Source: Promethearchaeota archaeon
GTDB lineage: Archaea > Asgardarchaeota > Lokiarchaeia > Sigyniarchaeales > SOKP01
DNA length: 22,011 bases
Direction of reading: 5' to 3'
Assembly (NCBI GenBank): GCA_008080735.1
Contig: SHMW01000019.1
Coordinates: forward strand, 33,624-55,634
The notes under the pieces were generated by a model. It ran no database searches. It was not told the origin of the DNA and saw only the letters and a list, made by a program, of their open reading frames with translations. Position 1 is the first letter of the stretch, and every line of letters starts with the position of its first letter. A program made the position numbers and the translations under genes. This document shows positions 8,289 to 16,257 of the stretch, piece after piece.

Positions 8289-9560
8289 ATGAATTTTAAT
8301 AATAATAAGTTATCCCAGTCTGAAGAAATCATTTTCTATTTGGATCTTTCTACTGATTTTTTAAAGAGAAAAACCTTGGTTAAAGCATTAGATGATTTTA
8401 TTGAAAATAAAAATGATTTATTTAAAAATATTTCTTATGGATTAGTTTTATTTAAGAAAGCAAAAGAGATCTTTAGTTTATATGACAAAAATGCGGAACG
8501 GATTATAGATACAATTGAAGATATTTGGGATGAGCGAGAGGAGCATGTGAGTTATTTTGAAAATGGATTGTATGAAATCCTTGCTCATATCTTTAAAGTA
8601 AGCAGAAACAATCCTAAAAAATATCAAGTTATAGTGTTATCTGATTCTGTTAGTCATCTGTCAGACGAATACCATACAGCACTCTATAATTTAATTTTGA
8701 AAGCTAAAAACTTCACTACTACAATAAATGTGATTCGATTAGGAGAAGATAAATTTTATGAGGATGATGTTAAGTTAAAGGTAATTACAAGCGAAACTTT
8801 TGGAGCTACATTTTATTGTGATAATAGAAAAAACCTTGATACTTATCTAAATTCACTACTCAAAACCCAAGAAAAAATAAATGTCCTAAAGAGCGAATCC
8901 CAAAAAGTATTAGATGATGATTATACCTTTTACGAAAAATTGGCTACAGATCTAATTTCTCTTTCTTCAGAAGATGAAATTATTTGTATTTTATGCGAAC
9001 AGGAGTTATGCCCGATATGTGAGACCCATAGTGATGAGCTTCATAAATGTTATAATTGCGATGCTCCTTTTCATAGCTGTTGTGCTGCTGAATATTCGAT
9101 TTCAAATCAAATTGGCTTTCCTAATATATTTAGGTGTCCGCGCTGTGGAGCTCTTTTAAAATTGGATAAAAATTTTGTAGACACCATTTTATCAGAAAAA
9201 TCAGAACAAGAAGAAATTGATTCAGAACAGAAAGAAAATGTTCTAGAACAATATATTTCCAATGAAGATTTCAAAGAAGATATAACAGATGATGGAAACA
9301 TTCCGTTGCGACCCCCGAGTAAAAAAAAGGTAAAAGTTGGAGGTTTTTTCGGTACAGAAATAGAGATTAATTCCAATGGGTCCTCAAATAATAAAAGTAA
9401 TCGTGGATTTGCAAAAAATCAGCATAATGATGAGAAAGTGTCAATAAGTTCTCTAAGACCCCCAAGATCTAAGAGCTCTCTAAAGTTGTGTCCTATTTGT
9501 GGAGCAACTGTAAAAGGTTCTGTTTTCTGTCCTATTTGTGGTTCTAAAATTGAGAAATAA
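8289..9560 (+). CDS. vWA domain + Cys-rich PHD/RING-like zinc finger + C-terminal zinc ribbon protein (paralog B)
   Basis: Collinear paralog of 6744-8153: IIFYLD, YGLVLF, VIVLSD, INVIRL. Identical Cys/His spacing (nt 8985-9146). GGFFG motif and a C-terminal CPIC...CPIC. Confidence 0.75.
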   Translation: MNFNNNKLSQSEEIIFYLDLSTDFLKRKTLVKALDDFIENKNDLFKNISYGLVLFKKAKEIFSLYDKNAERIIDTIEDIWDEREEHVSYFENGLYEILAHIFKVSRNNPKKYQVIVLSDSVSHLSDEYHTALYNLILKAKNFTTTINVIRLGEDKFYEDDVKLKVITSETFGATFYCDNRKNLDTYLNSLLKTQEKINVLKSESQKVLDDDYTFYEKLATDLISLSSEDEIICILCEQELCPICETHSDELHKCYNCDAPFHSCCAAEYSISNQIGFPNIFRCPRCGALLKLDKNFVDTILSEKSEQEEIDSEQKENVLEQYISNEDFKEDITDDGNIPLRPPSKKKVKVGGFFGTEIEINSNGSSNNKSNRGFAKNQHNDEKVSISSLRPPRSKSSLKLCPICGATVKGSVFCPICGSKIEK

Positions 9561-9651
9561 TATATTATTAAGAGTATATTTAATAATTTTAAAACTAAAG
9601 ATTTCTTAAACGATTAAGTAGAACTTTAAGATATATTTCTATTTAGTCTTA

Positions 9652-9670
9652 ATGCTATTAAATGTAGCAT
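9652..9670. promoter_or_regulatory. Candidate operator palindrome upstream of the acyl-CoA dehydrogenase
   Basis: ATGCTA-N7-TAGCAT, ending 27 nt before the ATG. Overlaps a TTAAATGTA direct repeat (9658-9666, 9675-9683). Confidence 0.25.
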
Positions 9671-9697
9671 CGATTTAAATGTAAAAGAGGAATTCAA

Positions 9698-11104
9698 ATG
9701 GATTTTACTTTAACCGAGAAACAAAAAGAATTGCAACAGAAAGCTCGTGAATTTGCTGTTGAGGAAGTTTTACCAGTCGCAAGAAGTTATGATGAAAAGA
9801 ATACTATGGCAATGGATGTTATTAAAAGGGCATGGGAAGAAGATTTATTGAATCTGGGAATACCAAAAGAATATGGCGGTCCTGGCTATGGATTAGTTGA
9901 ATCAATCATAGTCGTAGAAGAAATAGCCGCTGCCTGTCCAGGAATAGCCACTAGTATTTTTGATAATAATCTTGGTGCTGAGCCAATAATACTTGGCGGA
10001 AATGATGAGCAAAAGGAACGTATTTTAAAAGAGTTAGTTGATGAATTCAAACTAATTTCTTTTGCTACATCAGAGCCTGGAATGGGTTCAGATGTTGCTG
10101 GAATGCAATGTCGAGCGGAAAAAGATGGGGATGACTTTATTCTTAATGGTTCAAAGTATTGGATAACGAATGCTGGGTATGCAGATTATATTTCAGTTTT
10201 CGCGACAGTGGATCCAGAGAAACGGCATAAAGGGATCTGTGCCTTTATAGTTCCAAAAGATACTGAAGGGCTTCGAACCGGAGCACATATTCCGAAATTA
10301 GGGCAAAGAGCATCAAATACTTGTTCTGTGATATTAAATGATGTCAGAGTTCCTAAAAAAAATGTACTAGCAAAACCAGGATATGGGTTTGTTTTAGCAA
10401 TGCAAACATTTGCGAATACTCGACCAGCAATCGGAGCTTTTGCTGTAGGATGTGCACGCTCCGCGATGGAATATTCGATTGATTATGCAAAAGAGCGAGA
10501 AGCTTTTGGAAGAACTATTGATCATTATCAAGCAATTCAATTTAAAATTGCCGAAATGTATAAAAATATCGAAGCTGCAAGGTTGTTAACTTATAGAGCA
10601 GCTTGGGAAGCAGATCAAGGAATCGATAATAACATAAGTTCGGCATGTGCTAAGGCATTTGCATCAGACGTCGCGATGGAGGTGACTACTGAAGCAATTC
10701 AAATTTTTGGTGGCTATGGATATATAAAGACATACCCTGTTGAAAAATTGTTCAGAGATGCAAAATTATTCCAGATTTATGAAGGAACTTCGGAGATTCA
10801 AAGAATTGTTATTTCTCGACATGCCATGAAAAAATATCAACATGGAATGCCTAATCTCTATGATCTTCCCTCAAGGGAAATTTCAGAGGAACAAGATATT
10901 TCTGAGGTCTCGAAGGAGGAAATAACCAAAACAGCAGAAGAGCTTGGAGGAAAATATAGATGTTCTGTATGTGGTTATGTTTATGACCCAGTCAAAGGAG
11001 ACCCTGACGGGGGAATTGAACCCGGTACACCCTTTGAAGAAATCCCTGATAGGTGGGTTTGTCCCGTATGTGGAGCAGCTAAATCGCAGTTTAACAAAAT
11101 CTAA
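9698..11104 (+). CDS. Acyl-CoA dehydrogenase with C-terminal rubredoxin domain
   Basis: ACAD motifs [35 protein letters not shown] and catalytic [11 protein letters not shown]-terminal [32 protein letters not shown] is a canonical rubredoxin (nt 10952-11101). GAGGA SD-like motif at 9687-9691. Confidence 0.95.
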   Translation: MDFTLTEKQKELQQKAREFAVEEVLPVARSYDEKNTMAMDVIKRAWEEDLLNLGIPKEYGGPGYGLVESIIVVEEIAAACPGIATSIFDNNLGAEPIILGGNDEQKERILKELVDEFKLISFATSEPGMGSDVAGMQCRAEKDGDDFILNGSKYWITNAGYADYISVFATVDPEKRHKGICAFIVPKDTEGLRTGAHIPKLGQRASNTCSVILNDVRVPKKNVLAKPGYGFVLAMQTFANTRPAIGAFAVGCARSAMEYSIDYAKEREAFGRTIDHYQAIQFKIAEMYKNIEAARLLTYRAAWEADQGIDNNISSACAKAFASDVAMEVTTEAIQIFGGYGYIKTYPVEKLFRDAKLFQIYEGTSEIQRIVISRHAMKKYQHGMPNLYDLPSREISEEQDISEVSKEEITKTAEELGGKYRCSVCGYVYDPVKGDPDGGIEPGTPFEEIPDRWVCPVCGAAKSQFNKI

Positions 11105-11112
11105 TCATTCAA

Positions 11113-11131
11113 TTTTTTATTTTATTTTTTT
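11113..11131 (+). terminator. Possible oligo(T) terminator after the ACAD-rubredoxin gene
   Basis: TTTTTTATTTTATTTTTTT just downstream of the stop codon. Confidence 0.35.
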
Positions 11132-11324
11132 ATAAAGATGCGTTAATATAATTCAAGTTTTTAAAATATTAATGTCACTAACAGAGAACAAGAGCATATC
11201 ATTATAATTATTTTTTAATCCTAAATAGGAGGATTTCTATTGTTGTATTTAAATATTATAATTTCTTTAAATATTTTAATTAAAAAATAAGCAATTCCTA
11301 CAGAAAGATGGCATATTTTATCTT

Positions 11325-11927
11325 ATGTCGTTAAAACCAAAATTAATTTTAGAGAATTTCAATTCTGGGAAAATATCTAAGGAATTTGCGATAAAGACAT
11401 TAATTTTCCTAATTATTGAGTCTAAAAATGATTTAGTCAGATTTGATTCAATTGAGATATTAGGTACTATCGGGTCTAATCATAAATCTTTATTTCTTTT
11501 ATTTGAAGTCATTCTTATTTCTGACTCTAATGAGAAGATTAGAATTGCCGCATTCAATATTCTAAAGAAATGCTTTCCCATAAAAGCAATTAAACCAATA
11601 TCACATGCTATCGAATGGGAAAATGGAGACTTATTGATCTTTTTAATTGAATTCTTAGAGGAGATAAGATTTCCTAAAAGACGAGAACTTTTAATTAAGA
11701 AAATCAAAACATTGAATAAACGATATTTGAATTTTATAGTAATGGACGCAAATTTGGGAAATCTTCGTTATACTGAGCTGAAAGAAATTATATTAAATTA
11801 TCTCATGTATATGTCGTTTGAGTCTCTCTATTTTCACCGGCACAAAATTCCTTTAGCACTAGATTTTTATGATTTTAACTTTATCTCTAATAAGAAAATA
11901 TTTAGCAAATTTGAAAACATAGAATAA
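11325..11927 (+). CDS. HEAT/ARM-repeat-like hypothetical protein
   Basis: HEAT-like units SKNDLVRFDSIEILGTIG and ISDSNEKIRIAAFNIL...AIKPISHAI. Confidence 0.6.
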   Translation: MSLKPKLILENFNSGKISKEFAIKTLIFLIIESKNDLVRFDSIEILGTIGSNHKSLFLLFEVILISDSNEKIRIAAFNILKKCFPIKAIKPISHAIEWENGDLLIFLIEFLEEIRFPKRRELLIKKIKTLNKRYLNFIVMDANLGNLRYTELKEIILNYLMYMSFESLYFHRHKIPLALDFYDFNFISNKKIFSKFENIE

Positions 11928-11982
11928 GCTATTAGAATATAAATAAATACAAAAAATAACAACATAGACTTGGTGTACTTAT

Positions 11983-13053
11983 TTGCCCCATGTTGAGATA
12001 GATTTGTCTAAAATATATTACAATGCGAAAATTTTGAAAGAACAACTCAATAAAAAAGGAATTAGCATTATGGGGATTACAAAAGTTGTTTTAGGGGATC
12101 CGAAAATTGCTAAAGTAATTCGTGATGCTGGGATCACTTATATTGGCGATTCTAGAATAAGAAATATTAAACGATTATATAACGCCAAATTAGGTGCAAA
12201 ATTAGTATTAATCAGAAATCCGAGCCTCTCTGAGATAAAACAAGTGGTGAAATATGCTGATATTAGTCTTAATTCAGAATTGGAAATTCTAAAAAATCTC
12301 TCCAAAGAAGCAATAAAGCTAAATAAAAAGCACGGAGTAATTATAATGGTTGAAATGGGGGATTTAAGAGAGGGGTTTATGCCAGAAAATCTTGATCTGG
12401 TAATTAAAAGGACATTGGAATTAGAAGGAATTGTTCTCCTCGGTTTAGGAACCAATCTGAAATGTTTTGCAGGAGTAATACCTGATCAAAAGAATATGAA
12501 GAGATTTTCACAAATCGCAGCAAGTCTTCAGCATAAATTTGGCATTAGATTCGAATTCGTTTCCGGAGGGAATTCGGCTAATTATAAATGGGTTAAAAAT
12601 GCTGATGATTTAGGTCTTGTAAATAATTTAAGATTAGGAACTGCTTTAATTATAGGCGCAGAATCAATTGAAGACAGTCCTATACATGATTTAAAGCAAG
12701 ATACAATCAGTCTTATCGCTGAAATTGTCCAAATAAGTAAAAAGCCAAAAAATCCTACAGGAAAGTTTTCAACTAATGCATTTGGTGAACCATCCATCTT
12801 TAAAAATAAGAAATACAGAGGAAAAGGTGTAAGATCTCAAGCTCTTTTGGACATTGGAAGACAAGATATCGAAGAGAAAGGATTGGTGCCCATAGATAAT
12901 ATAGATATTATGGGTGCCTCAAGTGATTATCTCATTTGCGATATTAAGGATAATGAATATAAAATTGGAGAAAAGGTCAAATTTAATATGAGTTATGAAG
13001 CACTACTTAGAGCAATGACTAGTCCTTTTGTTGAGAAGAGATATGTAAAATAA
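11983..13053 (+). CDS. PLP-dependent alanine/ornithine racemase family protein (fold type III, Orr-like)
   Basis: Catalytic Lys in GITKVV. Motifs GDSR, MVEMGDLREG, GTNLKCFAG, SGGNSA, NLRLG, GRQD and GASSDYL. TTG start. Confidence 0.88.
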   Translation: MPHVEIDLSKIYYNAKILKEQLNKKGISIMGITKVVLGDPKIAKVIRDAGITYIGDSRIRNIKRLYNAKLGAKLVLIRNPSLSEIKQVVKYADISLNSELEILKNLSKEAIKLNKKHGVIIMVEMGDLREGFMPENLDLVIKRTLELEGIVLLGLGTNLKCFAGVIPDQKNMKRFSQIAASLQHKFGIRFEFVSGGNSANYKWVKNADDLGLVNNLRLGTALIIGAESIEDSPIHDLKQDTISLIAEIVQISKKPKNPTGKFSTNAFGEPSIFKNKKYRGKGVRSQALLDIGRQDIEEKGLVPIDNIDIMGASSDYLICDIKDNEYKIGEKVKFNMSYEALLRAMTSPFVEKRYVK

Positions 13054-13077
13054 CTAAATAAACCTTCCTTATTGGTG

Positions 13078-14655
13078 TTATTTTCTAAGCACGCGTCCTG
13101 GATATTTTCTTTTAATCTTGCCACCGTTTAGAACTATCTTTCCGTTAATTATTACATATTCTATTCCTTCAGAAAATTTGTTCGGTTCTTGAAGTGTCGC
13201 GTTATCTTTGATCATTTTTGGGTCAAAAATATTGATGTCAGCATAAAACCCTTCTTTTAATAATCCACGGTCTTTAATCCCGAATTTATTAGCCGGGAAT
13301 GAAGTCATTTTTCGAATAGCATCTTCCAATCTCAGAATTTTATTCTCAAGTACAAATTTTTTTAAATATCTGGGATAAGTACCATAATACCTTGGATGGA
13401 TTTTTCTATCCTCTTCCTTACTGACTCCACCATCCGATCCTACCATGGAGAGAGGGTGCTTAGCAATGGTTTGGACGTCATCTTCATTCATACCTTTTAG
13501 TACAACTAATATCGCCAAACCTTCAGAAATGATAACTTCATGTAATGCATCCAATATGTCTATTTGATTTTCTTTGGAAATTTGATATATAGATTTATTT
13601 TTATATCTCATGTTTGTCGCATTAGTTAAAATTACGTTGTCCCAATCTTCGAGAGTAGAAGGTGCTAACATAGAAGTCCCATTTTTATAATATTTCTTAA
13701 GCTTACTTCTATTTTTTTGATCCTTCATGGCCATTTTTACATTCTCTAATCCTTTTTGAAATAACCAATCTGGAAGAAGCGCGTGAAGATTGGTCATACA
13801 AAATGTATATGGATATACATCGGTGGTTACATCTATTCCATTTTCACGCGCTTTTTCTAATTGCTCCAATCTTTGCTCTGCTTTTCCCCAATTATTTTTT
13901 CCGTCCAATTTTAAGTGTGATATTTGAAGGGAAACATTTGCATTTTGGGCTATATAGATAGCTTCATCTACAGCTTCTCCACCTAGATTACCTTCGTCTC
14001 TGATATGTATCGAAAACACACCATCATATATAGCAACCATTTTACATAACTCAATTAACTCTTTAGGTTTAGTAAAAATGCCCGGCATATATTCTAAACC
14101 GGCAGAGATGCCGAAAGCACCAGATTCCATACCATTTTTAACCAATTCTTTCATTTTATCCATTTCAGTATTATTTGGTTTTCCCTTATCAAGACCCATT
14201 ACAGCGATTCGCAATGTTCCATGTCCTAATAAAGGAACCAAATTAATAGTAAATCTTGTTTTTTCCAGAAAATCAAGAAAATCTCCGAAACTCTGCCATA
14301 ATTTCGTTAAGTCTGTATTAATATCAGGAGCTATTAGGGATAATAAATCCCCAACTGTGTTTGGATTTAGGGGGGCTGCACTCCATCCGCAATTACCGAT
14401 TACATTAGTTGTCACTCCTTGAGTTAAATAATTAGAGGCAGCCTTATTTGTAATCGCAGCGAGATCGGAATGGGTATGGGCGTCAATAAATCCTGGGCAT
14501 ACAATCTTTCCATGAGCATTAATTAAGTGTTCACATTCTTTTTCAATATTTTTTTTAATTAAAGAAATTTTGTCATTTTTAATTCCAATATCTCCAAAAT
14601 ACCAAGGATTACCCGTGCCATCAACAATTTTACCATTCTTAATAATTATATCCAT
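13078..14655 (-). CDS. N-acyl-D-amino-acid deacylase (D-aminoacylase, amidohydrolase superfamily)
   Basis: IIKNGKIVDGTG, PGFIDAHTHSD, GVTTNVIGNCG (Cys ligand), HIRDE, ISHLK, GSDG and HPRYYGTYPR. Confidence 0.9.
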   Translation of the reverse strand: MDIIIKNGKIVDGTGNPWYFGDIGIKNDKISLIKKNIEKECEHLINAHGKIVCPGFIDAHTHSDLAAITNKAASNYLTQGVTTNVIGNCGWSAAPLNPNTVGDLLSLIAPDINTDLTKLWQSFGDFLDFLEKTRFTINLVPLLGHGTLRIAVMGLDKGKPNNTEMDKMKELVKNGMESGAFGISAGLEYMPGIFTKPKELIELCKMVAIYDGVFSIHIRDEGNLGGEAVDEAIYIAQNANVSLQISHLKLDGKNNWGKAEQRLEQLEKARENGIDVTTDVYPYTFCMTNLHALLPDWLFQKGLENVKMAMKDQKNRSKLKKYYKNGTSMLAPSTLEDWDNVILTNATNMRYKNKSIYQISKENQIDILDALHEVIISEGLAILVVLKGMNEDDVQTIAKHPLSMVGSDGGVSKEEDRKIHPRYYGTYPRYLKKFVLENKILRLEDAIRKMTSFPANKFGIKDRGLLKEGFYADINIFDPKMIKDNATLQEPNKFSEGIEYVIINGKIVLNGGKIKRKYPGRVLRK

Positions 14656-14867
14656 TCAAAATTCACACTAGTTAGATTAATAAAAAATAAAAAAATCAGT
14701 AATTCACTTCTGATTTTAAATAACATTTGAGATAAATAAGGACTAATTATAAAATTATTTTGTTTTACCTTTTTAGCAAAAAAAAAGGTTAAATAGCGAA
14801 ATTTCAAACCAATAATAACTGATTAATTAAAATCTTATACCTAGATTCATTAGCAAGTATCAATATG

Positions 14868-14887
14868 TTACTAAATGGTCTTAGTAA
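14868..14887. promoter_or_regulatory. Candidate operator palindrome in the divergent deacylase/PNPOx intergenic region
   Basis: TTACTAA-N6-TTAGTAA, a perfect 7-bp inverted repeat. Confidence 0.25.
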
Positions 14888-14919
14888 TGTACATAAAAAT
14901 TTTCATCTATAGCTTATAT

Positions 14920-14926
14920 GAGGAGG
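14920..14926 (+). promoter_or_regulatory. Strong Shine-Dalgarno sequence (GAGGAGG)
   Basis: Lies 8 nt before an in-frame ATT (14935) but 32 nt before the ATG at 14959. Confidence 0.5.
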
Positions 14927-14958
14927 CGAGATAAATTAGTCTAATTAAATTACCAGAA

Positions 14959-15408
14959 ATGACAGATAATGAAATAGAGTTAATTTTAACTGAAAAGAAG
15001 ATTTGTAGAATTGCCTTCTTCGATGGAAAGTATCCATATATCGCTCCATTTCAATATGTTTATGAAAATGGAACTCTATACTTTCATTTTACTGATTATG
15101 GGAAAAAAAAGAAAATTCTCGATAAGAATAAAAATGTATGCGTTTCCATTGAAGACTTGGAACCCGATCTAAGTAATTTCTGTTTCATAACTATTCAAGC
15201 TGAATTAAAGGAAGTCACTAATCAAGAAGAAAAAAACCAAATAGTCGAGAAGATGGCATCTGAAGGGAAAAACAACTTTTCACCAAATTTCCTTTCCGCA
15301 CATGGATTAGAGAAAGAAAAAGGTTGGGATCTGCTGAAAAAACAAAAGGAGATAAATTTATTAAGATTAGTGAATGTTAAAAAGAGAATTGGCTTAAAAT
15401 CAATATAA
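14959..15408 (+). CDS. Pyridoxamine 5'-phosphate oxidase-like FMN-binding split-barrel protein (true start possibly ATT 14935)
   Basis: CRIAF..GKYPYIAPFQY....LYFH....GKK...L..N..VCVSIE is the PNPOx/NimA-like family pattern. Confidence 0.85.
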   Translation: MTDNEIELILTEKKICRIAFFDGKYPYIAPFQYVYENGTLYFHFTDYGKKKKILDKNKNVCVSIEDLEPDLSNFCFITIQAELKEVTNQEEKNQIVEKMASEGKNNFSPNFLSAHGLEKEKGWDLLKKQKEINLLRLVNVKKRIGLKSI

Positions 15409-15551
15409 GGTATAAAAGCGAATACTTCAGAGGGATCTGATTATTGTTCTATCCCCTTCTCTTATTATCATTAATTTGAATAATAATTATTTTAAAAAAC
15501 GGTTGTTAATTTATTTCACTAATTAAAAGAGCTTGGTTTTCAAACTAAGAA

Positions 15552-16112
15552 ATGCCTTTCAAGGAAATTAAGTTTAAAGATTTATTTTTTGATCCAAAAG
15601 TTCAAAAATTCTGTGTGAGTGAAAAATTTCAATGTCCAAATTACAATCATAGTTGGGCATGCCCTCCTGCTGCCCCATATTTGGAAGAAGAAGTCTCAAA
15701 ATTTACTAAATTTTTTCTAGTATATACAAAGTTCAATATGATTGAGTATATCAGGCGGCAAAAACGAAAATACCCCAATCGAAGTGAAAAAAGAATAAGA
15801 AATAATTTGTATTATAAAACTGATATTAGAGAAGATTTAGAAAAAGAAGTAAAATTGTTTTTTGAGGATTTTGATGGACAATATAAAGAAAATTTAATTT
15901 TATGGGGAGGACATTGCCTTGTATGTGAAAAACAAGGATATAAAAATTGTAGTTATGACGATGAAAAACCATGCCGATATCCAGAAAAGATAAGATACTC
16001 TATGGAGGCTGTAGGGATACATGTTACAAATATGGTGAAAGCTCTTGATTTAGATATCGAATGGCCACCAATAAATTATTATTATCGGTTTGCCTTAATT
16101 GCCCTACGTTAA
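15552..16112 (+). CDS. DUF2284-like predicted metal-binding protein
   Basis: C....CPNYNHSWACPP, GGHCLVC, C......CRYPEK.RYSMEAVGI.V. Confidence 0.85.
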   Translation: MPFKEIKFKDLFFDPKVQKFCVSEKFQCPNYNHSWACPPAAPYLEEEVSKFTKFFLVYTKFNMIEYIRRQKRKYPNRSEKRIRNNLYYKTDIREDLEKEVKLFFEDFDGQYKENLILWGGHCLVCEKQGYKNCSYDDEKPCRYPEKIRYSMEAVGIHVTNMVKALDLDIEWPPINYYYRFALIALR

Positions 16113-16257
16113 TCTAATCTATTTCCTCAAATCATTTATTTTTCCAGAAAATAGGCTACAATACAAGAATTGGACTCCAATTTTTTAATATTTAGTTTAA
16201 AATTTCTCCTAATTAAGTTAATTAAATACATAAATAATTATTAAAAGTGTAATCAAA

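Noticed and set aside
1416-9560. Split Sec23/Sec24-like system (Zn finger + vWA + gelsolin domains)
   Set aside because: Sec23/24 have the Zn finger N-terminal to the vWA trunk, plus beta-sandwich and helical domains. Here the order is reversed, those domains are not evident, and gelsolin is on a separate gene.
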